The notes beneath the pieces were generated by a model. That model had not been told where the DNA came from. It saw nothing but the letters and a program-made list of their open reading frames with translations, and did not search any database. Of a stretch of DNA of 32,000 bases, positions 8,270 through 16,782 are shown in pieces (position 1 is the stretch's first letter; each line of letters opens with the position of its first letter). Where the stretch lies: contig NC_014729.1 of assembly GCF_000172995.2 (NCBI RefSeq), positions 2,250,001 to 2,282,000 of the forward strand, given 5' to 3'. Position numbers and translations under genes: made by a program. This stretch comes from Halogeometricum borinquense DSM 11551 (lineage in GTDB: Archaea > Halobacteriota > Halobacteria > Halobacteriales > Haloferacaceae).

Positions 8270-8767
8270 TCATTCGCGCGTCTCCATGATTTTCGTCACC
8301 GCTTCGACGCCTTCTGCCTCCTCCTCTCGAATATCAGTGAGGAGACGAACGAGACGTTCGCGGTCAACGCCGAACTGTGCGTCGCTGGCCGCTATCGCAT
8401 TGATCAGGTCGTCATAGAACTTGTACGCGGTCTCCTCGTTGCAGAGTTGGTCGTAGAGGATGCCATCGAAGTCATCCGGCTTGGTCTTACCGTACTGTGC
8501 TTCGACCAGCGTCTCGATGTCCTCGAAAGGAATGCTCTCCGCATCGAGTTCATCGATGATACGCTCGAGGCGCTCACGATGCTCTGCAGACTCCTCGGCG
8601 GCGTGTTCGAGGAGGTCCTCGATCTCCTCGTCGAGTTCGCGCTCCTCGTCCGAGAGCGACTGATAGTGGTGATACGCTCGCGCTTCGACCACTTCCTCTA
8701 AGACGACGCCGATCTGGAGGAGACGGGCGAGTTGATGGTCGGAGGACACGCGGTGGCCAACACTCAT
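8270..8767 (-). CDS. Ferritin-like / rubrerythrin-fold helical protein (tentative), co-operonic with the DtxR-like gene
   Basis: 165 aa, very acidic, predicted all-helical with Glu/His-rich stretches (EARAYHHY, EESAEHRERL, NEETAYKFYDDL, REEEAEGVEAV). Only 28 nt separate it from the downstream regulator gene. The functional call is weak. Confidence 0.7.
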   Translation of the reverse strand: MSVGHRVSSDHQLARLLQIGVVLEEVVEARAYHHYQSLSDEERELDEEIEDLLEHAAEESAEHRERLERIIDELDAESIPFEDIETLVEAQYGKTKPDDFDGILYDQLCNEETAYKFYDDLINAIAASDAQFGVDRERLVRLLTDIREEEAEGVEAVTKIMETRE

Positions 8768-8894
8768 GGTGCCACCCGAGTCACGTGCGATGCGCTGTCG
8801 TTCATACTCGTTCGCAGGGTTGTGACCGACTTAAGCGGTTCCCTCGCGGTTCGTCGTTCGCAAGCAGTAGTCGAGAGAAAGCCGTTCCGTACGG

Positions 8895-8911
8895 CGAAAA
8901 GAAAAGCAAAG
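8895..8911 (-). terminator. Oligo-T tract (minus strand ctttgcttttcttttcg) downstream of sufD
   Basis: T-runs 28-44 nt after the sufD stop codon. Archaeal termination typically occurs at oligo-T. Confidence 0.4.
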
Positions 8912-8938
8912 CGGAGAGGGTGAGAGAAACGGCCGCGC

Positions 8939-10147
8939 TTACCGCAGACGTGCGGAGATGAGTTCTTCGAGGTCCTCGCGGAACTCGTCGACGGCGATCT
9001 CGTCGAGAACTGGAACGAAGAAGCCCTCAACGAGCATGTTGCGTGCCTGCAGTTGCGGGACGGACCGAGAGATCATGTAGAACAGGTCCTCTTTATCGAC
9101 CTGCCCGACTGTCGCGGAGTGCGACGCCTCGGTGTCGTGGTTGTGAATGATGAGCTTCGGTGATGCGTCGGCCTCGGACTCGTCCGAGAGCATCAGCGTA
9201 TTCTCACGCTGGTACGAGGACGTGTTCCACGCATCGCGGCCAACGTCTTGGACGCCCTCGTAGACCGAGCGCGCGTCGTCGTCGAGGACGCCGCGAGTCA
9301 CGAGGTCGGCCGTCGTGTTCTCGGCGTTGTGCCAGACGCGTGCGTTCAGGTCGAGGTGCTGGTCCTCGTGGCCGAAGAACGCACCCACAATCTGCGTCTC
9401 CGAGGAGTCACCGTTGAGTTCCGTCTCCACGTCCGAGCGGGTGAGCCGAGAGCCGATGTTGCCCTCGATCCAGTTGATCGTCCCGTACACGTCGGCGTCG
9501 CCGCGCTTGAGCGTGTAGTGGTACGTATCCTCGTCGAGGTTCTGTAGCGACCCGTACTGAACGTACGAGTTCTCGCCCGTGGCAATCTCCACGAGGTTCG
9601 AGAAGTACCGCGCGCCCTCAGCGGACGCACCGCTGTCGATACGCTCCAGAATCGTGACGGAGGACGATTCCTCGGTAACGACGAGCGTGTGGCTGAACAG
9701 CGACTTCGAGTTCATCTCGGCGCGGACCTTCACGTCCTCGGCATCGACGCCTTCGGGCACGTAAATGAACGTCCCCGTCGTAAAGAGCGCCGTCGAGAGA
9801 GCGGTCAGGTAGTTCGACTCGGGATCGACCGTCTGTCCGAAGTTTGCTTCGAGCACGTCGCCGAACTCGTCGAACGCCTCCGTGAACGAGAGGACGTGAA
9901 CGCCCTCGTCGGTGACGCGTTCAGTCTCGTCGGACTGGTTCAGCGGATCGACGAGATCCTCGAAATCGAGTGCTTCGAGGTTCGTCCAGCGGCGACCCGG
10001 CGTCTGGATGACATCCGGCAGTTCGATGTCGTCAAGCGCCGCGAGGGCGCTCAGGCGAGTTTCGAGGAGCCACTCTGGCTCGTCGCGCTGCTCCGAAATC
10101 TCTCGTACTGTCTCTTCGGACAGGTTCGCTGGTAGCTGTGCACTCAT
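8939..10147 (-). CDS. sufD: Fe-S cluster assembly protein SufD
   Basis: SufB/SufD beta-helix family sequence, in last position of the sufCBD order. ATG 10147 lies 1 nt after the sufB stop, so the upstream extension to 10174 in the ORF track is rejected. Confidence 0.9.
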   Translation of the reverse strand: MSAQLPANLSEETVREISEQRDEPEWLLETRLSALAALDDIELPDVIQTPGRRWTNLEALDFEDLVDPLNQSDETERVTDEGVHVLSFTEAFDEFGDVLEANFGQTVDPESNYLTALSTALFTTGTFIYVPEGVDAEDVKVRAEMNSKSLFSHTLVVTEESSSVTILERIDSGASAEGARYFSNLVEIATGENSYVQYGSLQNLDEDTYHYTLKRGDADVYGTINWIEGNIGSRLTRSDVETELNGDSSETQIVGAFFGHEDQHLDLNARVWHNAENTTADLVTRGVLDDDARSVYEGVQDVGRDAWNTSSYQRENTLMLSDESEADASPKLIIHNHDTEASHSATVGQVDKEDLFYMISRSVPQLQARNMLVEGFFVPVLDEIAVDEFREDLEELISARLR

Positions 10148-10148
10148 G

Positions 10149-11579
10149 TTATCCGAGACTACCCTCCATCTCAAGTTCGACGAGACGGTTGAGTTCGACC
10201 GCGTACTCGATTGGCAGTTCCTCCGTGATGGGCTCGATGAAGCCCGAAACGATCATCTGCTTTGCGTCGTCGTCGTCCAGACCGCGCGACTGGAGGTAGA
10301 AGATGTCCTCGTCGCCGATCTTACCGACGGTCGCCTCGTGGGCGACGTCAACGGTGGACTCGTTAATCTCCATGTACGGCATCGTGTCCGAGGTGGACTC
10401 GTTGTCGAACATGAGCGCGTCACACTCGACTGCCGTCGAGGAGTTCTCCGCACCCTCGGAGATGTGGACGAGGCCGCGGTAGTTCGTGCGGCCGCCGTCC
10501 TTCGAGATGGACTTCGACTCGATAGTGGACTTCGTGTTCGGGGCGTTGTGGTAGACCTTCGCACCGGTGTCGATGTTCTGGCCCTCACCCGCAAAGGCGA
10601 TGGTGATGTGATTGTCCGATGCGCCGCGTCCCTTCAGGATGGAACACGGGTACAGCATCGTCGCCTTCGAACCCATGGAGCCGGAAATCCATTCCATGCG
10701 GCCGTTCTTCTCGACGATGGCGCGCTTGGTGTTGAGGTTGTAGGTGTTCTTCGACCAGTTCTGCACCGTCGAGTACTGGACGTGGGCGTCCTCGCCGACG
10801 AACACTTCGACGCCGCCGGAGTGGAGGTTGAACGCCGAGTACTTGGGTGCAGAACAACCCTCGATGTAGTGAACTTCCGAACCTTCCTCAGCGATGATGA
10901 GCGTATGCTCGAACTGGCCCATCCCCTCGGAGTTCATGCGGAAGTACGCCTGCACCGGCATATCGACCGTCGTGTCCTCGGGGACGTAGACGAACGACCC
11001 GCCGGACCAAATCGCACCGTGAAGTGCGGCGAACTTGTTGTCACTCGGCGGGACGCACTTCGTCATGAAGTAGTCCTTGACGAGTTCTTCGTGCTCTTGG
11101 ACGGCCTTGTCCATGTTGCAGAAGATGACGCCTTTCTCCTCCCAGCGCTCCTGCATGTTCTGGTAGACGACTTCGGACTCGTACTGGGCACCGACGCCGG
11201 AGAGGGCGTTCTTCTCGGCTTCCGGGATTCCCAGTTTGTCGAACGTGTCCTTGATGTCGTCCGGCAGGTCCGTCCAGTCGTCAACGCCGCCACGCGTCTC
11301 CACGTCGGGGCGGATGTACGGGACGATTTCGTCCACGTCGACCTCCGAAAGGTCCGGCTGGCCGGGCCAATCGGTCGGCATGGGCATCTTCTGGAACTGC
11401 TTCAGCGCGCGGAGACGGCGCTTGAGCATCCACTCGGGCTCGTCTTTGTCCTCGGAGATGACGCGAATCGTCTCCTCGGTGAGGCCTTTATCGGCCTGGA
11501 ACGACGACTTCTGCTCCTTCTTGAACTCGAAGCGAGCTTCAGTGTCTGTCTCTTTGAGGTGGTCTTGATCTGAACTCAT
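10149..11579 (-). CDS. sufB: Fe-S cluster assembly protein SufB
   Basis: 476 aa with characteristic SufB blocks (GVIFCNMDKAVQEHEELVKDYF, FVYVPEDT, HTLIIAEEGSEVHYIEGCSAP, TNYRGLV, FYLQSRGL). Confidence 0.95.
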   Translation of the reverse strand: MSSDQDHLKETDTEARFEFKKEQKSSFQADKGLTEETIRVISEDKDEPEWMLKRRLRALKQFQKMPMPTDWPGQPDLSEVDVDEIVPYIRPDVETRGGVDDWTDLPDDIKDTFDKLGIPEAEKNALSGVGAQYESEVVYQNMQERWEEKGVIFCNMDKAVQEHEELVKDYFMTKCVPPSDNKFAALHGAIWSGGSFVYVPEDTTVDMPVQAYFRMNSEGMGQFEHTLIIAEEGSEVHYIEGCSAPKYSAFNLHSGGVEVFVGEDAHVQYSTVQNWSKNTYNLNTKRAIVEKNGRMEWISGSMGSKATMLYPCSILKGRGASDNHITIAFAGEGQNIDTGAKVYHNAPNTKSTIESKSISKDGGRTNYRGLVHISEGAENSSTAVECDALMFDNESTSDTMPYMEINESTVDVAHEATVGKIGDEDIFYLQSRGLDDDDAKQMIVSGFIEPITEELPIEYAVELNRLVELEMEGSLG

Positions 11580-11621
11580 TGTATGTAGTGTGTATTTGCG
11601 TTTCGTTTCTTATGAGGCTGT

Positions 11622-11643
11622 GCGTAACTGGAACCAGTTACGC
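11622..11643 (-). other. 10-bp inverted repeat (gcgtaactgg aa ccagttacgc) overlapping the sufC stop codon
   Basis: Read directly from the sequence. It would form a hairpin in the sufC-sufB intercistronic mRNA. Confidence 0.5.
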
Positions 11644-12555
11644 TGCCCCGTAGACTTCCTCGCGAACCCAGTCGTATCCCTTGTCTTCGAGCGTCTCTGC
11701 GAGCGACGCGTCGCCGCTCTTGACGACCTTCCCGTCAAGCATGATGTGGACATGGTCAGGTTCGACGTATTCGAGGATACGCTGGTAGTGGGTAATCTGG
11801 AGAACGCCCGTGCCCTGCTCGTCGCGGAGGGCGTTGATTCCTTTCGAGACGTCCTGCAGACGGTCGATGTCCAGACCGGAGTCGATTTCGTCGAGGACCG
11901 CGATAGACGGTTCGAGGATAGCGGCCTGCAGCACCTCGTTCTGCTTTTTCTCACCGCCGGAGAAGCCGGCGTTGAGGTAGCGCTGCATGAACTTCTCGTC
12001 CATGTCCAACTGCTCCATCTTTTCTTTGAGGAGCTTCTGGAACTCGGCGACGCCGACTTCGCCTTCGTCGGCGGGGCCTTCCATCGGGGACGTCTCGTAG
12101 CCCGAGTCGTCCTCTTCCTCGGCGTCGTCGGCCTCGTCCTCGTCTTCGAAGAGTTCCTCGCGCTCTTCGATCTTGGCGTTGAGCGCCGTACGGAGGAAGT
12201 TCGTCATCGTCACACCCTCGATCTCGGCGGGGTACTGGAAGCCGAGGAAGATGCCGAGCGCCGCGCGCTCGTTCGGCTCTAAGTCGAGAAGGTTCCACGT
12301 ACGTTTGTCCTCCGGAATCTCGAAGTCGTCACCGAACTCGTCGTCTTCGAGGTGAAGAAGAATTTCTCCGTCGGTTACTTCGTACGCAGGGTGGCCGGCG
12401 ATGACCTTCGCCGTCGTCGACTTACCGGAGCCGTTGGGACCCATCAGCGCGTGAATCTCGCCAGATTTGACTTCCAAGTCGACGCCACGAAGAATCTGTT
12501 CGCCGTCTTCCTCCGCAACTTCCGCGTGGAGGTTCTTAATTTCGAGTGTAGCCAT
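11638..12555 (-). CDS. sufC: Fe-S cluster assembly ATPase SufC (with an acidic insertion)
   Basis: Walker A GPNGSGKST, ABC signature FSGGEKK, Walker B AVLDEIDSGLD. ATG 12555 (MATLEIKNLH) is preferred over GTG 12597. Confidence 0.93.
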   Translation of the reverse strand: MATLEIKNLHAEVAEEDGEQILRGVDLEVKSGEIHALMGPNGSGKSTTAKVIAGHPAYEVTDGEILLHLEDDEFGDDFEIPEDKRTWNLLDLEPNERAALGIFLGFQYPAEIEGVTMTNFLRTALNAKIEEREELFEDEDEADDAEEEDDSGYETSPMEGPADEGEVGVAEFQKLLKEKMEQLDMDEKFMQRYLNAGFSGGEKKQNEVLQAAILEPSIAVLDEIDSGLDIDRLQDVSKGINALRDEQGTGVLQITHYQRILEYVEPDHVHIMLDGKVVKSGDASLAETLEDKGYDWVREEVYGAA

Positions 12556-12727
12556 TGTTGTCTCGTTGCCTCGTAGGAGAATCGAGGGTTGTGCCACCCA
12601 TAATGGTTACGCATTCGCCACTGCTTGCTTAATGGGACAGAAAATATATTTGCTTTTCAGAAAGGAGGTGTTCGAATTGATAGTCCCCGCGTTTGGAGAG
12701 CGAAACCAGTTGAAACGGGGGTTTGTA

Positions 12728-12749
12728 GCTGTTTCAGTCCGGAAACAGC
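12728..12749 (-). terminator. Hairpin (gctgtttc-agtccg-gaaacagc) starting 1 nt after the polB stop
   Basis: An 8-bp perfect stem read from the sequence, located between polB and the sufC promoter region. Confidence 0.3.
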
Positions 12750-12750
12750 A

Positions 12751-15543
12751 TCACATGAAACTGCCGAGACCGGTCTGCTGTTGGCCTGATTTGACCTCGT
12801 CCCACGACATGCCGAGCGCTTCGATGATCCGCGCGATGGGACCCTCTAACGTCTTGTCGAGCATCGTATCCCAATCGACGCTGAAGTCGTCGGGGACCTG
12901 GTCTGCGTACTCGAAGCAGATGACGTCCGGGTCGCGCTTGAACTCGCCGTATAAGCTGTCCCGTTGCGGATTAAACCCTTCCTCGTCTTCCACCCGCCGG
13001 AACCACGAGGGGTGGACTTTCGAGAGGTAGAGACGCTTCGGCTTCGACCCGCGGCCGAAGTTCGTCCCGAGGAATTCGTTGGCGTACATCGCGCCACGAA
13101 CCTGCGCGGTGGCGGTGTCGTACGCTTCGAGTCGTTTGCCGATACCGCCCGGAATGCCAACTTCGTCGAGAGGGAGGTTCCCTTCTTGGAAGTCGGTGAT
13201 GACCTCGTGGACGTAGTCTTTGATGTCGTCGGTGTCCTCACCGTGAACGATCATGTCGATGACGTTCTTCTGGACTTCTTTCGTTATCTGGGCGATGTCG
13301 GAGCGTTTGTACTCGAAGCCCGTGATGTCGATATCGTCTACATCCTTTCCTTCCTTCCAGACGATGTGCCCGGCGTAACGTTTCTTCGTGCCCGCCTGGA
13401 AGAACCGCCGGTAAAGCTTCTCGAACTCGATCTGGAATCGGTGCTCCTCGCCGCCGTCAACGTCCACGCCGAGTTCATCGCGGGCGAAGTTGTCGTACGC
13501 CTCGTTGATTCGCTCCTCAATCTCGAACGACTGTTCGATAGCTTCCTCCTTCGACACGTCGGGGCCGAGTTCGAGCATGACGGAGTCAGTGTCACCATAT
13601 GCGACCGAATATCCCATCTCGCCCGCCGTCTGGTCGGTGAAGTCGATGACCTCCCGCCCCGTCGCTGTGACGGCCGCACCCATCTCCTTGTCGTAGAGGC
13701 GGAACCGGTCCCATCCCAGCACGCCGTACAGCGAGTTCATGATGACCTTCACGGCCTGTTGCTGCCGGTCGAACTGTTCGTACGCCGAGGTTCCGGGGTC
13801 GTGGTCGTTCCGGAGTCGCTTTTTCTCCTCGCGTTCCGCAAGCAGTTCGTCCACCATCTCCCGGATGATGCCGTCAGGCTCCTTTCGGAAGTGGGTCCCG
13901 TTGGGTGCTTGGAACATGTCGCCGTCGTACGATTCGGGATCTACTTTCGTCTCCGGTGACGCGTTGATCGTCACCATACACATCGGGTACAGTGACTTCA
14001 GGTCGAGAACGGTGACGTTCTCCTTGACACCGGTGATGGGGTCGAAGACGGCCCCACCCTCGTAGTCCTCTGATTCCTGTTGGCCCTTCGAGGGGAGGGC
14101 AAATTCGCCGTGGACCTTGTGAAGCACGTAGATGTCCACGGTGTCGCCCGGTGTCGTCGCATCCTCCAACTTACATCCGACGAACGTCCGTACCTCGTCC
14201 CAGAAGGCAATAACGTCCTGTTTCCGGTCGATTTCGACGCAGAGTTCAACGTCACGAACGTTGTACTCAAGCAGTCGCTTGGGTTCCTGTTCCCACAGGT
14301 CGCCGATGCTGCCCGAGTAGCGTTCTTTCCCGACATCGAGTTCGAGCTCACCGACGGCGTCGAGACGGTACGACTCCAGTTCGGTAAACTGCGTGCGCTT
14401 GTAGGCGTACAGGAGGTCGAAGACGACGCGTCCCTTCACGTCAGGACCGCCCCAGCCACCACGCCATACTTCATTCACGCGCGAGAGGCGGTCCGGGTCC
14501 AAGTCGTACTCGGACGTGGGGTTCACCACGTCCAGTCGGTCGAGGAAGTACGGCATGTCGAAATCGTCGAAGTTCCACCCGGTGAGTACGTCAGGGTCCG
14601 TCTCCTCGATGTACGTCACGAACGCGTCGAGCATCGCGCCCTCGCGGTCGAACGAGCGAATCTCGATGTCGGTGTCCTCATCAAGTGGTTCGTAGTCACC
14701 GAGATCCGTCGGCGACTCGACTCCGTCGCCCGCCTCCGGCGCGTTGTAGAGCCACGCGATATACTCGTCGCGGTAGGAGTCGTGAGAAGTGAGACAGATG
14801 ATCGGCTCTTCACCCTCCTCGGGGAATCCCGACCGGTCGTCCACTTCGATGTCGAACGTGTTCACCCGGAGGTCGGCGTCCACGTCGATTGGGACGACTT
14901 CATCGTGTGGGATCTGAATCGTTCCTTCTTCGTCGTCGAGGCGGCGCGCGGGGACACAGATACCGCTCTCGATGTCCTTGTCGATAAGAAGACGGTTCGG
15001 GAAGAGAATGTCCGCTTCGTAGTGTTCGAACTCGTCACGGATTTGTCCCACGTCACGGGGCGTCTGCGTACAGATCTTCGTGAGTTCCTCGCCACGGATA
15101 CTCTCGTAGCCCTCGTCGGTACGCGTGATAACATCCTTGTCGAGAAGATCGTCGTCCAGCGAGTCCGTCGGGGCGTAGAAATAGGGCTCGAAGCCGAGGA
15201 CGCGGACGTGTTCAGTCTTGTTCTCGCGCGTGCGCCCGAAGACGTGAATAACTGGGTACTCGTTGCGGCCGCTTCCCTCGATGGTATAATCCACCTGCGT
15301 CACCGCGAGTTCGACGGTGCCGTCGGCGTCGGGGAACTTGATGTCCTCAGCGTCGATGACATCTGAGACGTGCTGGCTCCCGTTCCCGGCGACGTGTTCG
15401 GCCTCTGCATCGGGCCGTGTATCGTCGGCGGTGTCGTCACCACCACCCCAGTTGCCGTCCGTGAGCCCTGCCTGTTTCATGCCGATTCGTTCGGCACTCC
15501 CGGGTAAAAACTTCGGCTTTTCGGCGTCCCATCCACCTTCCAT
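12751..15543 (-). CDS. polB: Family B DNA polymerase (PolB), with no intein
   Basis: Exo motifs FDIEV and NFDDFDMPY, Pol motif A DLKSLYPMC, motif C YGDTDS, and a C-terminal PIP box QTGLGSFM. The start is either ATG 15543 or TTG 15573 and is not resolved. Confidence 0.92.
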   Translation of the reverse strand: MEGGWDAEKPKFLPGSAERIGMKQAGLTDGNWGGGDDTADDTRPDAEAEHVAGNGSQHVSDVIDAEDIKFPDADGTVELAVTQVDYTIEGSGRNEYPVIHVFGRTRENKTEHVRVLGFEPYFYAPTDSLDDDLLDKDVITRTDEGYESIRGEELTKICTQTPRDVGQIRDEFEHYEADILFPNRLLIDKDIESGICVPARRLDDEEGTIQIPHDEVVPIDVDADLRVNTFDIEVDDRSGFPEEGEEPIICLTSHDSYRDEYIAWLYNAPEAGDGVESPTDLGDYEPLDEDTDIEIRSFDREGAMLDAFVTYIEETDPDVLTGWNFDDFDMPYFLDRLDVVNPTSEYDLDPDRLSRVNEVWRGGWGGPDVKGRVVFDLLYAYKRTQFTELESYRLDAVGELELDVGKERYSGSIGDLWEQEPKRLLEYNVRDVELCVEIDRKQDVIAFWDEVRTFVGCKLEDATTPGDTVDIYVLHKVHGEFALPSKGQQESEDYEGGAVFDPITGVKENVTVLDLKSLYPMCMVTINASPETKVDPESYDGDMFQAPNGTHFRKEPDGIIREMVDELLAEREEKKRLRNDHDPGTSAYEQFDRQQQAVKVIMNSLYGVLGWDRFRLYDKEMGAAVTATGREVIDFTDQTAGEMGYSVAYGDTDSVMLELGPDVSKEEAIEQSFEIEERINEAYDNFARDELGVDVDGGEEHRFQIEFEKLYRRFFQAGTKKRYAGHIVWKEGKDVDDIDITGFEYKRSDIAQITKEVQKNVIDMIVHGEDTDDIKDYVHEVITDFQEGNLPLDEVGIPGGIGKRLEAYDTATAQVRGAMYANEFLGTNFGRGSKPKRLYLSKVHPSWFRRVEDEEGFNPQRDSLYGEFKRDPDVICFEYADQVPDDFSVDWDTMLDKTLEGPIARIIEALGMSWDEVKSGQQQTGLGSFM

Positions 15544-15644
15544 CCCCGATCCGAACGCCGTTTTATCATTCAAAATATCTCATTAATTAGAGGTGTCTAA
15601 GCACAACACATATACCATGACAAGACATACCACATGTTGCGACA

Positions 15645-15833
15645 ATGACCGACCACGCAAATTCAAAGCGGACGGATCGGTCGCCTGCCACGCAGTCGGG
15701 GGCAGGCGAGGTGAACGGACTCGACGGTGTCGAGTCCTACGAGGTTGACGGTGGGGTCGTCTTCTACGACCCGCAGAATCCGCTCGCGTGGGTCGAGACA
15801 ACTCGAACCATCACGCTGAAAGACTACGTCTAA
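15645..15833 (+). CDS. Small acidic hypothetical protein (62 aa)
   Basis: ATG about 34 nt downstream of the AT-rich cacatatacca. High-GC3 codons. No motif recognised. Confidence 0.55.
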   Translation: MTDHANSKRTDRSPATQSGAGEVNGLDGVESYEVDGGVVFYDPQNPLAWVETTRTITLKDYV

Positions 15834-15892
15834 CCCGGATACAGGACACCCGAAACGAACTCCTTTTCCTCGGCCCGCCCGTTTCGGCGGAC

Positions 15893-16288
15893 GTGCCGAG
15901 CGATTTCGACGCATGGCCCGACGAACCTGCTGAAGACGACCCCGAGGATCGGTGGGGTGATCCCGAGAGCGACTTGGTTACCGTCCCCGCAGTCGGAGAG
16001 TCCGAGGCCGAGGAAGACGAAGAGGAACCCGTCGAAATCGACAGCGAACTCGCCTCTACGTTCTGGGCCGTCGTCGTCCTCGTGAACGTCGGCGTCGCGG
16101 GTATCAGCCTCGGTGCGATGTTTATCTACTTCCGCGGAAATCACCTCCTCGGCGGCGGTGCTGCGGTCGTCGGCGCGCTCGCTCTTTTCCGCGCGTACTA
16201 CACATATCGAGGATTCCGCGACGAGACTGATAGCGACGACACCGACGACGATAACCACGGCAGCGGCGACAGTACCAATCGCAACTGA
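15893..16288 (+). CDS. Hypothetical membrane protein with two TM helices and acidic termini
   Basis: TM segments FWAVVVLVNVGVAGISLGAMFIYF and LLGGGAAVVGALALFRAYY. The start is uncertain: GTG 15893, or ATG 15788, which would overlap the previous gene by 46 nt. Confidence 0.6.
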   Translation: MPSDFDAWPDEPAEDDPEDRWGDPESDLVTVPAVGESEAEEDEEEPVEIDSELASTFWAVVVLVNVGVAGISLGAMFIYFRGNHLLGGGAAVVGALALFRAYYTYRGFRDETDSDDTDDDNHGSGDSTNRN

Positions 16289-16333
16289 CGACAGACGGAA
16301 ACCCCTATTCGTCCCTCCCTCCTCCGTACGACC

Positions 16334-16762
16334 ATGCAGACGGTACGCGACGATGACGGCAAGCGCTACGTTCTCGTCAAACGCTCGGGCGAGTCCAGTC
16401 GCGTCCGCGACCCGGCAACCGGTGAGGAACGATACCTTCCGAACGACGCGGTGACGTTCGAGGGCGTCTCACCACTCGTCGCCGCCGCGTCCGGTGTCTC
16501 GGAGCCGCTCCGACGGGCTGTGACCGCTGTTCACGACGACCGCTCGCTGGGACTTCTTGTCGAACTCGTTGACCGTGACGCGGTGTCCGTCGTGGAACTG
16601 CTAGCCGCGTACGATCTCTGTGAATCCGACCTCCACGGACTCCTCTCGGAGTTCCGCGCGGCCGGCCTCATCACGGAAACGACTGTCCACGGCGAGCGGG
16701 GCTACGCCGCAACGGAAACGGCGAGAGAAGCAGTTGCCACACTACGCGGCGAACAGGAGTAG
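16334..16762 (+). CDS. Hypothetical protein with a probable C-terminal winged-helix domain
   Basis: LLVELVDRDAVSVVELLAAYDLCESDLHGLLSEFRAAGLITE resembles a wHTH. High GC3, acidic. Confidence 0.7.
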   Translation: MQTVRDDDGKRYVLVKRSGESSRVRDPATGEERYLPNDAVTFEGVSPLVAAASGVSEPLRRAVTAVHDDRSLGLLVELVDRDAVSVVELLAAYDLCESDLHGLLSEFRAAGLITETTVHGERGYAATETAREAVATLRGEQE

Positions 16763-16782
16763 GGTCCGAAGCAGGTCGTCGG

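Noticed and set aside
8764-9030. An 88-aa minus-strand ORF ending in an ATGA overlap with the ferritin-like gene start.
   Set aside because: Most of it overlaps the sufD 3' end and the terminator region. Its composition is Arg/Ser-rich. Only the last 13 codons lie in the leader, which is too weak to call.
9912-11573. Long ORFs antisense to well-supported genes. Examples: 9912..11573 opposite sufB, 837..1733 and 2985..3641 opposite gltB, 5676..6815 opposite DUF3179, 11590..12282 opposite sufC, 12964..13959 and 14080..15366 opposite polB, 19484..20311 opposite mre11, 25731..26540 and 27291..28133 opposite the hcp/pet genes, and 30161..31573 opposite the M28 peptidase.
   Set aside because: High-GC genomes produce long stop-free antisense frames. 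These translations are Arg/Ser/Val/Gly-rich with no motifs, while the opposite strand carries unambiguous family signatures and acidic halophile composition.
11950-12130. The highly acidic insertion in SufC (EEREELFEDEDEADDAEEEDDSGYE...).
   Set aside because: Acidic surface insertions are common in halophile orthologues of housekeeping proteins. ABC motifs on both sides are intact, so it is not evidence of a new function.
12556-12597. N-terminal extensions offered by the ORF track: sufC GTG 12597, epimerase TTG 3695, sufD 10174, cytochrome b 26492, wHTH gene 21665, and M28 peptidase 31870.
   Set aside because: The extensions overlap upstream genes or run through AT-rich promoter DNA. They encode Arg/Pro-rich non-homologous sequence, and the internal ATGs give N-termini typical of each family.
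12751-15573. Checked PolB for inteins or a split gene, as seen in some haloarchaeal polB genes.
   Set aside because: The polymerase motifs are contiguous at normal spacing. There are no Cys/Ser-...-HN splice junction blocks and no homing-endonuclease-like insertion.
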